From Mobula hypostoma (lineage: Eukaryota), in contig NC_086120.1 of the NCBI RefSeq assembly GCF_963921235.1, forward strand, positions 23,126,001 to 23,190,000: 64,000 bases of DNA. Direction: 5' to 3'. Shown piece after piece: positions 24,408-37,692 of this stretch. A model generated the notes under the pieces. That model had not been told where the DNA came from. It saw nothing but the letters and a program-made list of their open reading frames with translations, and ran no database searches. The position numbers and the translations under genes were made by a program. Every line of letters begins with the position of its first letter. Positions within the stretch are counted from its first letter, which is position 1.

Positions 24408-25789
24408 CTCTAGAGCAAAAACAAACTGCTGGATGAACTTGGTGGGTCAGTCAACATCTGTGGAGACAGAGGTGTGATCACTGCCCTCAGCCTGAAGCAT
24501 CTCTCCATAGATGCTGCCTGACCTGCTGAGTTTCTCCAGCATTGTGTGTGTGTGTGTGTTGCTGCGGGGTGGTTTGTTTGAATTCTGATAAAGCAGGAAT
24601 GTCGGGAAGGATGGCCTGGATAGGCAAGTCCAGAGATGGAGTGGCACGGATGAGGACTGCAGTAGTAGATAGGAGTGTTGACACCCGTTGCTGGGGCAGT
24701 AGACTGGGGTGGGGGTGCTTTATTTGTAATGCTCAGGGTCACATGGTGATAAGATTGCACCCCAGGCTGTGGCTGGCAGGGTGAAAGAGTCGTAACAATA
24801 CATTTGGCCTTCCTAATATTTAACTGGCAGTTTTCCTGTCTCCCAGTCAAAGATTACTTTCTATTTCTAAGATTGTTTTACTTCCTGGGAGAGGTCTTGC
24901 TTGAAGCTTGCAAATTTTTATTTGTAAGCATCAGGCATTCTCTGCTTATTCCTGTCGGGTATGATTTTTACCTCCATTTTACTTGAATCGCCGTTGACCT
25001 TGAACCCTCCAGCTTCGTACCATCTCTTGAGAAGTTTGGTTTGCACGAGCTCGGATGAAAGCCAGAGGTGTGTGGGTGGTCCCTTGGACTGGTCAAGGAA
25101 ACAGTGTCATTGTAGGAGACAGTTGTTTGTAAGTGCAAGCCCTTTCAAGGATTCTGTGCTTGTTAACTTGGTGTTCCTTCTTCGATAGGCCCACAGGCGG
25201 CTACTGCTTGCTTTGGAGGACAGATACCTCAGATTGATTTAGTGTGTGAGGTCTGTGACTGTAATTGTTGTATTAGACAGGTGTTCAGCCAGAAGATTAA
25301 TTTAATTATTAGAAAATTATAAGGCTGTTTACATTAGAGATTGAATTCACAGCTGAAGTTATGTGAGCAAACATCTTTGGAATGCTGGAAAAAGCTATCC
25401 ATGTGGATTAGATATCTTATTTACTCTTTGTTTTGGCATCTTTTCAAAGAAGAAAAAAACGAGGGTCATTTCAGGGACCTTGTAGAAACATGCATTAGTG
25501 GAAGAACCTTATTTCAGGGACCACTTTTTTTTCCATAAGATAAGAGATTGCTAATAAATTAGTTGAAAACTTCAATCTTTCTTGAACTTTGATAATGAAT
25601 GACCCTGTTCGCTGTTCTGTGACGTTCGCTGGTCCTGGTTCACCTACTGAAGCCAGGAGGCGGTCTAGGAGTCATCTGCGTTCAAGATTTCCCCAGGGGT
25701 TCAACCTGCATTCATTCAGCTATTGGGTGGCTGAAGGCTACAGCTGCTGCTTGTAGGGGTGGGGGTTGCTTCTCAGAGATGGTGAATCA

Positions 25790-26250
25790 AAGTATCAGAG
25801 TTAATTTATTATCACAGTGCATATCCGTCACGATATACTACCCTGAGATTCATTTTCTTGCAAGCATTCACAGTAGAACAAAGAATTACAAGAGTCGATG
25901 GAAAAACTTCACACAAAGACTGTGCAAATATATATTTTAAAAAATAAGTAAATAAATAGTACTGAGAGCGTGTAGAATCCTTGAAAGTGAGTCCTTAGTT
26001 TGTGGACTCAGTTTAGAGTTGAGGTTATTCAGGGGTCTGGTGGTTGAGGGGTAATAACTGTTTTTGAACCTGGTGGTGTGGCACCTGAGGCTCCTGTACC
26101 TCCTTCCAGATGGCAGCAGCGAGAGGAGAGCATGGCCTGGACGGTGAATGCTGCTTTCTTGTGCCAGCGCTCCTTGTAGATGTGCTCATTGCTCGGGAAG
26201 GATTTTCCTGTGCTGGGCTGGGCTGTCTCCACCCCTTTTTGTAGGCTTTA
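25790..26250 (-). mobile_element. Rex1/Babar LINE 3' fragment
   Basis: Minus-strand IYKERWHKKAA and ctgccatctggaaggaggtacaggagcct (PSGRRYRS), followed by the typical 3' UTR. Confidence 0.7.
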
Positions 26251-26913
26251 CGCATAAGGTCCCAGAAATGTGAGTGCAATAAGCTAACACGTCAGAGCGC
26301 TAGGGCTCAGGATTGAACCCAGGTCACGGGAACCGTGAGGCAACAGCCCTCTAATCTGCACCACTGCGTCAGGAAGAGACAGTGGCATTCCCGAGCTTCG
26401 TGCTGCAGTACCGTCTGAACTTTAATTTTCAAGTCAAGTCACCTTTTATTGTCACTTCGACCAAAGCTGCTGGTACAGTACAGAGTAAAAATGAGACGAT
26501 GTTTTTCAGGACCATGGAGCTACATGAAACAATACAAAAACTACACTGAACTACATAAAACAACACAAAAACCACACTAGACTACAGGCCTACCCAGGAC
26601 TGCACATTTTCAAAGAACAATAGAAAATGGCAATGCGGGTCGACAGTTCAGTTTGTTATGCCTAGCAGCAGAAAGAAAGGATCAGTCCATCCTTCATGTG
26701 CCTTGTCAGTAATCTTGCAGCTCATGGTGTTTTTTTCAAATACTTTTTAAATGTGATGAGGTTTTCTGTCTCCGGCTCCCTTTTAGGCAAAGAGCTCCTA
26801 GGTTTCTTCAGTATCAATAAGTATCATAACTGGGTCAATCTTGCCCCACTAACTTAGATCTAGCCTGGTGCATTCTGTGTCTGTCTTGCACGTAGTTATT
26901 ATGCACATAGGAA

Positions 26914-27520
26914 GTAGGCAGCCATCGGTCCCAGGAGATCATGGGTTTGTGCCTCCGGTGGACTGTGTCCTCTCCAGGGCGCAAGCCTGGGTGGGAAGAT
27001 TTGAAGAACCGGTTGTTGCCCATACCACGGGTCCCCCTCTCCACGTCACTGATATAGTCCAAGGGAAGGAGAAGTGCCAGTACAGCTTGGCACCAGTGTC
27101 ATCACAGAGGTTGCCAGAGTGAAGTTGTAAACAACATCAAACTGCCCTAGGGTCCCCGGCTCCAGATTTCTTCCTCAGGGTTTACTCCTGAAGCCTTTCC
27201 CATGGGTGTGTATGGCCACAAGGCAGTGGAGGTTTAAAATCAGAGTTTTCCTTCTCCGAGACGGGCTGCTGTCCAAGGCTGACGAACCTCACCTGCCCGA
27301 AGCAACTGGTTTTGAGGTGCCACTGGTCTGCCTTTGCCCCTTCTCTTGTCAGTAGAGACAGTTCCACCGGGCCTGGTAGCTAAGCCACACATGAAGGCCA
27401 AGAGATGGACTTGGTTGTCAGAGGCTGTGAGAGAGGCACGCCATTTGGAGCACTTTATAGGTAGTGGGAGCTTATCCCCACTACCACCCCCCCCCCAGCT
27501 ATGACAACCTTAGGAACCTA
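26914..27520 (-). mobile_element. Non-autonomous RTE-like element (5' UTR fused to the 3' tail)
   Basis: Its 3' ~200 bp align colinearly with the tail of SINE family A; the remainder resembles an RTE 5' UTR (cagcccgtctcggagaaggaaaactctga). Confidence 0.55.
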
Positions 27521-28289
27521 TGCATGTAATTACCCCGAATAATTTTCTGGTTCAAGGCAAGAAGCACTAAAAAATACCTCAAAATTAATATAGTCAAGGC
27601 AGTGAATTCTGTCTGTTTCTAACCACAAGAGGCTTCCTCACAGTTAATAGAATTTATTTAAAGGACTATCCTTTTAGTCCCCTAGGCTTAGCACTTTACA
27701 ACAGAGACTGCTTTTCCATCCGCTATCAGAAAATGTTGGAAACACTTAACAGGTCAGGCAGCATTGGTGGAAGAAAGAAATCAAGTTGGCATTTTGTGTA
27801 CAAAATGCTTGATCAGAACTGGTAAAGAAAGGAAATGGTTAGTTTTAATTTGCAGAGAAGATGAGGGGGAGATGGACTAGGGTTCTAAATCTGCCTGACC
27901 TGTTTGCAATTCCTTGTGTGTTGCTCTGGATTTCCAGCTCCTGCAGAACCTCTTGTGGTTTAGTGTGGAGATCACTTCCCCTCCACTATTTTGCCCCTGT
28001 AACAGAGCAGATTTCATCTGACGACAACAGTATTGTACAGTCCAGTCCATCCCATCGGCCAGTTTGGCTCTGAAATAATAGACCTGGGTTTTTTTTTATT
28101 AAACAGTTGGTTAATTAAATTTGTAAATAATAAAAGCACTGATTCTGTTTGTGTTCTGAAAATTGGGACGGTCTTGGAGAGCTGTATAAAAATACACACA
28201 GTGCTTTTCCCAGATATCAAAGAACTAGAGGGTATAGGTTTCAGTTGAGAGGGGAGAGATTTAATAGGAACCAGCTTTTTAAACTATAG

Positions 28290-29587
28290 ACACAAGGAAA
28301 TCTGCAGATGCTGGAAATTCAAGCAACACACACAAAATGCTGGTGGAATGCAGCAGGCCAGACAGCATCCATAGGAAGAAGCACCGTTGACATTTCGGGC
28401 CGAGACCCTTCGTCAGGACTAACAGAAAAAAGTGATAGTAAGAGACTTGAAAGTGGGAGGGGGAGGGGGAGATCCAAAATGTCAGGGGAAGACAGGAGGG
28501 GGAGGGATGGAGCTAAGAGCTGGAAAGTTGATTGGCAAAAGGGATACAAGGCTGGAGAAGGGAGAGGATCATGGGACGGGAGACCTAGAGAGAAAGAAAG
28601 GGGGAGGGGAGCACCAGAGGATGGGCAAGGAGTAATTGTGAGAGGGACAGAGGGAGAGAAAAGAGAGAGGAAAAATAATAAATAAATAAGGGATGGGGTA
28701 AGAATGGGAGGAGGAGCATTAATGGAAGTTAGAGAAGTCAATGTTCATGCCATCAGGTTGGAGGCTACCCAGACAGAATATAAGGTGTTGTTTCTCCAAC
28801 CTGAGTGTGGCTTCATCTTGACAGTAGAGGAGGCCGTGGATAGACATGTCAGAATGGAAATGGGACGTGGAATGAAAATGTGTGGCCACTGGGAGATCCT
28901 GTTTTCTCTGGCGGACAGAGCGTAGGTGTTCAGCGAAACGATCTCCCAGTCTGTGTCGGGTCTTGCCAATATATAGAAGGCCACATCGGGAGCACCGGAC
29001 ACAGTATATCACCTCAGCCGACTCACAGGTGAAGTGTCACCTCACCTGGAAGGACTGTCTGGGCCCCTGAATGGCTGAATGGTGGTGAGGGAGGAAGTGT
29101 AAGGGCATGTGTAGCACTTGTTCCGCTTACAAGAATAAGTGCCGGGAGGGAGACTGGTGGGAAGGGATTGAGGGACGAATGGACAAGGGAGTTGTGTAGG
29201 GAGTGATCCCCGTGGAAAGCAGAAAGGGGGGGAGGGAAAGATGTGCTTGGTGGTAGGATCCCTTTGGAGGTGGCGGAAGTTACGGAGAATTATATGTTGG
29301 ACCCGGAGACTGGTGAGGTGGTAGGTGAGGACAAGGGGAACCCTATCTCTAGTGGGGTGGCGGGAGGATGGGATGAGAGCAGATGTGTGTGAAATTGGAG
29401 AGATGCGTTTGAGAGCAGAGTTGATGGTGGAGGAAGGAAAGCCCCTTTCTTTGAAAAAGGAAGACCTCTCCTTCGTCCTGGAATGAAAGGCCTCATCCTG
29501 AGAGCAGATGCGGCAGAGACGGAGGAGTTGCGAGAAGGGGATGGCATTTTTGCAAGAGACAGGGTGGGAAGAGGAATAGTCTGGTAA
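28290..29587 (-). mobile_element. Penelope-like element, 5'-truncated (RT thumb, GIY-YIG endonuclease, pLTR with hammerhead motif)
   Basis: ORF 28719-29012 IYCVRCSRCGLLYIGKTRHRLGDRFAEH...LGSLQPDGMN; thumb remnant KNAIPFSQLLRLCRICS; hammerhead-like motif at 28385-28423. Confidence 0.9.
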
Positions 29588-30910
29588 AAGTGAGTCAAGT
29601 TTTTAATGACTGCAGAAGCAAAAAACTTGCCCACCTGTGAGTGGTGCATCACCATCCACTGTGAGCACCACCACAGATAGCTAACTGGAATGTATTCAAC
29701 TCTAAAAACACTGTGTCCTTTGAATTTCCTGTTGATGTTTCTTCATTTTAGTAGTTAAATTGGAATCTTGTTTTCCATTGACGGTTTGAATCAATGTTTA
29801 ACTTCCAAGTAAATATGTAGCTTCAGTAATGATTTATAGTTGGTGGGGACCTGTGGAGGGAGGAGTTATGGGCTGACTAGGAAAACTTTATTAAGCCAGT
29901 CCTGCTGTTTTTTTTCAGTAAGGCAGCCGGTCCGAAAGGCATTGCTGAAGTGACAACCTCTAAGTTGGGCTGGTGAGCAAGCTTGGACAGGAATGAGTTG
30001 CGAATCAAAGTTGCCTGCAGGTGTGTGCTTTCCTGCAGGGTTGAACAGTGCCATCTTTTCCAGTGACAGAAACAGGTGCTAGTTCTGGGCGTTACTGATA
30101 TTATAAAAGAGGAAGAAGTCTTCAGGGAATGCTGAGTATACAGTTGTTGTATTTTGGCAATAGGTTACTGACTTTATAAGTGAGTTTAGTAACTTTTTGT
30201 TTCTTTACTGGTATGCTTTGTCTATTTAAAATGCCAGACTGAAGGTAAAATGATCTTTTAAAAAAGTGGAATAGCAGGATTTGCCTTTAGTGTCACACTG
30301 CACAGAAAGAGGCTCTTTACCCAACCAAGTCTGTGCTGACATCTATCAAAATCAGAATCGGATTCAAGTTTAATCTCGCCGCCGTATGTCGTGACACTTT
30401 GCAGCAACTGTACAAGCAATACATGGTACAATATGTATGAAAAATTAAATTACAGTAAGTATATCTACGTATTAAGTAAATTAAATAAGTGCAAAAATAG
30501 AAGTAAGAAGTATTCATGGGTTCAATGTCCATTCAGAAATTCCATTATCCTAATCTCACTGTATTCTCTTTAATTCTCTCTCCTCCCACCCCTTCTTCCT
30601 TTAACCTGTGTATCTTCAGTCAGTGGGGCTATGGGAGGAAATCAGAGCACTTGGAGGAAACCCAGGGAGTACAATCAACATTTACATAGACAGTACCCAA
30701 AGCCAAGATTGAACCTGGGTCTTTAGTTCTGTGGACAGGAGATCTACTAACTGTACCACCAACACTTTTTCCCTAACAAGATGCTGTAATGGGCTCGGTT
30801 GATCAGACCGAAAGGACCCAAACCAATTCAAGTATCCAGGAGATGTGGTAATAAGCGTAACCAAGTAGTTTTAAGCCTAATTTATTATCATAAACCACAC
30901 TAAATATGTA

Positions 30911-32445
30911 CAGGTTTCCCCTGCCATCCAAAGGTAGAGTGTTCCTATGAAACAGTTCGTAAGCCGGAAGGTCATAAAGCGAAGAAGCAATTACCATTTA
31001 TTTATATGGGAAAATTTTGTGAGCGTTCGCAGACCCAAAAATAACCTACCAAATCATGCCAAATAACACATCAAACCTAAAATAACAGTAACATATAGTA
31101 AAAGCAGGAATGACATGATAAATACACAGCCTATATAAAGTAGAACTACTTCTCTACAATCATTGCCGCACTGTTCTCTGTAGTGAAAATCTCACGCAAG
31201 CGCTGTCGGCAAAAATACGGCGCAAGTGCTCTCCAGTGACCTTTAAGCTATGAAAAGCTGCCAAATCACACCAAATAACACATAAAAATACACAGCCTAT
31301 ATAAAGCAGAAATAATGTATGTACAGTGTAAGTATCACTTACGAGAATCGGGAAGACATCGAGCACACGGATGGTGTGTTAGGCTGAGTCGGAGGTTGGG
31401 GTGGTGCAGTGGCCCCCACCCTCCGGGCAGTGAACCGATACTGATCCGCGAAGCATGCAGGGGCGCAGTGGTGGCCGGGACGCATCCAGCACATCTTTAA
31501 GAAAAAAGCCGAAGTAAACAAGCTAATTGATTAGGTGCCGGGTGGCACCTAATTAATTAGCTTGTTTATTTTGGCTTTTTTCTTAAAGATGTCTTGGGTG
31601 CCTCCTGGCCACCGCTGAATTCTCCGTGACCCGGCTACCGCTGCATTCTCCGCGAATCGGTATCTGTCCGCGGCCCGGGTGTTGGGGTAGTGGGACACTG
31701 GGGTGTCATCTCGTCGTCTGTTTCCATGAGGGCAGGCAGGTCATCTTCTATGTCTGCCTGCCTCGATGTCAAGGTTCGTCGTCTGCTGTGGCTGATGCGG
31801 AAGGCTTGCTTGACTGCTTAGCCTCGCGCATTTTTCTAACATACAGTTCTTTGTAAGGACTCAAACCATTTTGCAAATATGCCCAAAATTAAAGTCGTAC
31901 TTATCATTGCAGTGAAAATCTCACGCAGTTGCTTCACGTTCAGTTCCTGGATGATTTCACTTCCCGTCTGTTCGCCGCTGTATTTGGTTTCGATTGTTAT
32001 CCTTTCCTCTTCCAATTTCATCAGGTCTTCATCTATCAGTTCTTGGTCATGGGATGCCATAACCTCTTCAACATCATCTTCGTCGACTTCCACAAGCCAA
32101 ATTCACTTTGTCCTTACTTCGTTCACCACGATCGAAACACTTAATTATGGTCTAGTTTTACGCTAAGTGTAACACCCTTACGAGCTCTTTTAGGCTTTTC
32201 CGATACCTTAGAACTCATCTTGCAAACAGTTGCTCACAGGCACGTGTTTAATCAATGCCGGCGAGAATGCTGTTCTGAATCCGGAGGAGGAGCGGCTGCT
32301 TTTTGTCGCGTGCTGCTTTTTCCGCACGCTGCCTTTTTTCGTAACAGTGAAAACGCCTTCTGTTAATGAAAACAGGGTACTAATGTCGGTCTTTCGTAAC
32401 AGTGAGGTTTCGTAATGCGAACGTTCGAAAAGTGGCGGACACCTG
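30911..32445 (-). mobile_element. Tigger/pogo-like non-autonomous DNA transposon, copy 1
   Basis: TA TSD; TIRs caggtttcccctgcc / gtggcggacacctg; Tigger C-terminal remnant EVDEDDVEEVMASHDQELIDEDLMKLEE; internal palindrome. Confidence 0.85.
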
Positions 32446-35177
32446 TAGTTACAAAGATTTCAGGACTGGCGTTTCTTGGCTTCCACCTGATTTGCTGCTG
32501 TTATTGGGGGGCTTGATTGTTGCCGTTGTTGGGGGAACTCAGAATTCCGACTCCTGAAATCACCATGGGTCCGTCCTTGGCTCTAATCGATAGTGATTCC
32601 TGGGTCTAGGTGAATTCCCAGGAACGGAGAGAAAAGTGCTTCAATAAATAGGAGTTCAATCCACAAGCACTGACAGAGACACAGAAACAGACAAATTCTT
32701 TGGTCTCTGGGTTCTTGTGACACTAGTGCCTGAGGCCAAAGAGGATCCGGCCGCTATTAGCAAACGTTTAGCAAACCTACAGTGTAAGAACAAGAAAAAA
32801 TTCTGCAGGTGCTGGAAATCCAGAGCAACACACACAAAATGCTGGAGGAACTCAGCAGGCCAGGCAGCATCTACGGAAAAGAGTAAACAGTCGGTGTTTC
32901 GGGCGGAGACCCTTCAGGGTCGCTGGGGTAAGAATTCAGCTGCTGTTAGTAAACATTTATCAAACCTGCGGTGTTTAACTTGTACAGAGATCTTGCATGC
33001 TGTGCGCTCATTAAGAGTTAAAATGTCACTTGGAATCATTCAGACTTTCATCTAGTATTTTTACAAAATTTAATACAACACATTTCACCCCTTTGAATGT
33101 TTGAATAAGCCACCTGCTTGAAATGAATATATTATTAATATCCTTTGGATGATTGAAAACTAATTTTATGAGGGGGGGAAAAATGGAAATTTATACAGAT
33201 TCAATGATTAACCTCAATATTCACATTAAATTATATGCTGTCATTGTTAAGGTGTGTTAACATCTGTTGACAATTAAAACAGAATGGGTAAGATTTAAAA
33301 ACACACGTCGTGATCAGGGATGCAAGAGTCAAATTACAACTAATTTGGCACTGTACTTATTTCACAGGAAAAAGTCATAGTAGGCCAGTCACTCTAGGTT
33401 TACAACGTTCTTTCACACCTATAGGTCCCTAATTAGCGCATGTCACATAATGTGCATTTTTCTCAAAACAATAATATCATTTTCACAAATCACAAGGTTA
33501 TCAGTGGCATGTCGGGTCTCAGCAGAAATCTGACATCCAATAAAACACAAGACAAGCATTAAAACAGAACAAAGCAACATTCCAGCAGGAACCTCTGAAA
33601 ACAAAAGCAGGGAGATGGTTAGAAATGTTTACATTCTCTCTTAGTCAGTTTACCCCTATCCATACATGCAGGATGGGTCTGTCATCGCACCATCACCCGG
33701 TGTGTATTTCCTTGCCTGTCAGCAATAATCTCACCCTCTGGAGGGGATGTCACAGACATTTACCGCCCCTTGCAGAACTGAATCAGCATCTTCAGTTGTG
33801 CCATCAGGAACAAAAGGAATAGGTTGTACTGTCATTAACAAAAACAGGTGGTTGTTCAAATTATCCAAAGCACGGGGAAGGACAGGTAACTGTCCGGGTA
33901 AGGTCTGGGCATGAGTAAGTAAACAAATTTGTTGTTTTAATAGGCTATTCATTCGTTCAATCAGACCACTGGCCTGAGGACAATAGGAGACGTAAAAGCC
34001 CCACTGTACGCCATTAGAGACAGCCCGCTTTTGTACCCTGGAACCCGTAAAAGTGTGAACCATTATCGGATTGGATTTCGAGGGGATCGCCGTAAGCAGA
34101 AACAAGATTTCCTAATCCCCAAAGCTACCATCCTGATTACCTTTAACAGTCAGGATTGCCATCAAAAGATACCTGCCATGGTGAGGGAGAACTGGAATCG
34201 CTTCTGTAAAGGAAGAGGAGGACAACATAATCTAATTGTCAAATCTGAGCAGGGGCACGCCCACGGCAAATGGCAGCCAAGGGTCGTTTTGAAAGCTATT
34301 GATCCTTAATTTCTGAACATAGCACACAATTCCCCACTGCTGTATGAACTAAGTCAGTGGGAGGGAATAATCCTCAAGGCCTGGACCACTCCACGGTACC
34401 CTGTACCCCCAAATGACCAGAAGACTTGGGGACATTCTGAGCAAGTGGCAATAGCAGTATTTGAGGCTGGGGGCTAGGTGTCACCCTGTCAATGCAGGCG
34501 AGTGTCAGCAAAGTTGTTAACTCTTGTCACCAGCGAATCAACTTTCAAATGGATGTCGACATGGTAAACTGTAATGGTAACATGTGGCGATTGGCTCCAA
34601 ATGTCCCTCTATAACTCCGCTCCCCATAAGGGATGCCCCCTAACAGTCTCGGGCTGCCGGTTCTACGGGGGCGACCAGACAGCAACAGGAATCCGTACAA
34701 GGGGCTTCGGTTTCATGCATATTCAGTGTGCACTGCTACAAGCTCTGCATATTGACCCAGCCCTTCACAGCTTTCCTTCTTTAGAACTTGCTGGGAGAGA
34801 GGGTTAAAGGCAGCAGCCTTCCAGCAGCGAGAACCATTCTTCCATATTGCGGAGCCGTCGGTGAACCGGGTGTGCTGCTGCTGAGTTCAAAGGGAACTCC
34901 CCACACGGCACGCGAGACTTTGACCGGAGGCATGGGTGACATGGCCTGAGAGGGACTCGGTTCATGTATTTTACTAACTCTGTCCTGTCCCTTTGGTCGT
35001 TCAGAAATGTACCCCTTCCACCTGAGAACTGAACTCTGTGTCACATGCCCTACCTGATGGGTGAGTGTGTCAGGGAGTACCCATCGCATAGTGGAAAGGT
35101 CAGGGTGGGGGGGGGATGAGAGAATCCCCCATCTGTGTTTCAGTCTCTGTCAAAGCCCAGCAGCAGGCAAGAAGCTG

Positions 35178-35353
35178 CAGTTGGGTTGAGGTTTTGGTGT
35201 TGGTGTGCAGTGCCCTTTTTCCTCCAAACATAGCAAGGTGCATTTCTGCTGAAAAGTTCAACTTTTGTCTCCTCTGTCCACAGGACACCGTCCCAGAGCA
35301 TTGTGGAACATCTAGGTGGTCTTTTGCAATCTTGGGACTTGCAGCAATGTTTG
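35178..35353 (-). mobile_element. Isolated Tc1 transposase fragment inserted in the ERV pol
   Basis: NIAASPKIAKDHLDVPQ..., a frameshifted WTEETKVEL and HQHQNL(N)PT; it splits the ERV motif YTAF / QLLACCWAL. Confidence 0.75.
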
Positions 35354-36032
35354 CCAAATGCAGTGTATCTGGTGGCAGCATCAGGAAACTTTTAGGACCT
35401 AAAACCCAGAGGCAGATTCCTTCTTCCATGCTTCTGCCACAGGCTCCAGATAGCCATATCATCTGTAGCAGGAACTTGCTGTTCAAGGGGGAGGCCTTCT
35501 CAATGAGGAGAGGAGTAAGGCTGCAGCAGTGGCCTCCTTTGCAGCATCAAAAGCCGGTAGTTGCCCGGAGCTGTAAACAAAACTAAATTTCTTTCTGGTC
35601 ACGGTGCACAAGAGTCAAAGGAGGATAATCATATGGGGTGTGTGGCACCACCGGTATCCCAAAAGGGATTCCAAACCGCTGGGCTTCTTGTTTTGTTGTA
35701 GGGGGTGCAATGTCTAGGATCATATTTCTGACCTTATCCAAAATTATCCTATCGCCCTTGGTCCATTGTATTCCCAGAAAATGAACAGTGGTAGCTAGTC
35801 CCTGTATTTTATCGGGGTTAATTTCCTATCCCCTCGATCGCATGTGATCAATCAAGGAATTAAGGGCTTTGGAAACTTTCTCTTCAGAGAACCCCCACAA
35901 TAGTACATTGTCTATGTAGTGAGTCACTGGGAGATAGATCACATTCACACAGATCCTGTGCCACCACACTAGGGACTATGTATGTATCCCTGTGGAAGCC
36001 AAGTAAAGGTGCACTGAAGGCTGTTCCATGTA

Positions 36033-37692
36033 CAGAGGTGCTAGGAAGTTTGTGAACCCTGTAAAAATTTCTCTGTTTCTGCATAAATATGACCTAAAAT
36101 GTGATCAGATCTTCACCTAAGTCCTAAAGCTAGAAAAAGAGAACCTAATTAAATAAATAAGTAACGCAAATACTTGTTCTTTTACTTATTGAGAAAAATG
36201 ATCCAATATTACATGTATTTGTTGGGGAAAAGTATGTGAACCTCTGCTTTCAGTAACTGGTGTGACCCCATTGTACAGCAATAACTTCAACCAAATGTCT
36301 TCGGTAAACCCCCCCCCCCCGCCGTACCCATTCCGTTATTTATTTATTTATATACACACATTCTTTCTCTCTCTCTTCTTTTTCTCCCTCCGTCCCTCTC
36401 ACTATACCCCTTGCCCATCCTCTGGGAATCCCCCCTCCCCCTTTTCTTTCTCTCGAGGCCTCCTGTCCCATGATCCTCTCATATCCCTTTTGCCAATCCA
36501 CTGTCCAGCTCTTGGCTCCATCCCTCCCCCTCCTGTCTTCGCTTATCATATCGGATCTCCCCCGCCCCCTCCCCCTCCCACTTTCAAATCTCTTACTAGC
36601 TCTTCCTTCAGTTAGTCCTGACAAAGAGTCTCGGCCCGAAACGTCGACTGCACCTCTTCCTATAGATGCTGCCTGGCCTGCTGCGTTCACCAGCAACTTT
36701 GACGTGTGTTGCTTGAATTTCCAGCAGCTGCAGAATTCCTCGTGTTTGCGTTTTTAAATTCACTACTGCGCAGCCTGTTCCGGTGATGCCTACACCGAAG
36801 AAAAAGTTTAAATCTTCTCTTTGGGAGTTCAGTGAAACCATCTCTCACTGCTCCCCATCTGTAATTTCTTCGGCTCTTCAACTTTTCGATCACATTTTGA
36901 CTCAGACTCGCTATCACAGCCATATATCCTTGTTTGTTTTTGAGAGCAGTGGTTTCTTTTATAGCATCCTTCCTTGAAAACCATGTTTGTTCAGTGTTTT
37001 TCTTATAGTGGACACATGAACAGAGACTTTAGCAAGTTCTAGAGATTTCTGCAGGTCTTTTGCTGTTACCCTTGGATTCTTTTTCACCTCCTTCCGCATA
37101 GCACATTGTGCTCTTGCTGTGATCTTCGCAGGATGCCCACTCTTGGGGAGAGTAGCTATAGTACTGAATTTCCTCCATTTGTAGACAATTTCTCTTTCTG
37201 TGGACTGATGAACACTCTGGTCTTTAGAAATGCTTTTGTAGCCTTTTCCAGCCTTGTGCATCTCTACAATTCTTCTTCCTATGTCCTCTGAAAGTTGTTT
37301 TGATCGAGGCATGATGCCTTAAGCAGATCTTTCTTAAGAGCAGACTCTGTCAGTAACCTGACTGTGTGTGTATTTTTTTATATATAGAGTAGGGCACCTC
37401 TACAACCCACATCTCCAATCTCATCTCATTGATTGGAACACGTGACTCCAAATACTTTTGTAGAAGGCATTACCCCAGAGGTTTTCATGTACTTTTCCAA
37501 CAAATACACGTAATATCGGATCACTTTTCTTAATAAATGAATGAACAAGTCTAATGTTTTTTGTGTTATTTATTTAATTGGGTTTCTTTATCTAGTTTTA
37601 GGACTTGCGTGAAGATCTGATCACATTTTAGGTCATATTTATGCAGAAATAGAGAAAATTCTGCAGGGCACACAAACTTTCTAGCACCACTG
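36033..37692 (-). mobile_element. Tc1/mariner transposon with ~200-bp TIRs, inserted in the ERV RT; its DDE region is replaced by a Penelope insertion
   Basis: TIR ends cagaggtgctaggaagtttgtg / cacaaactttctagcaccactg with TA at the left end; paired-like HTH ORF MPRSKQLSED...GKGYKSISK...TIRKTL (36959-37312). Confidence 0.9.
36300..36930 (+). mobile_element. Penelope-like pLTR plus start of ORF, nested in the Tc1
   Basis: Same pLTR as the 28290 and 44010 copies, in opposite orientation; hammerhead remnant 36609-36650; continues into MPTPKKKFKSSLWEFSETISHCSPSV...TQTRYHSHIS, interpreted as the ORF N-terminus. Confidence 0.8.

Noticed and set aside
32460-33700. 3' LTR or env of the ERV
   Set aside because: No matching second LTR, PPT-TG boundary or env motif could be identified by eye.
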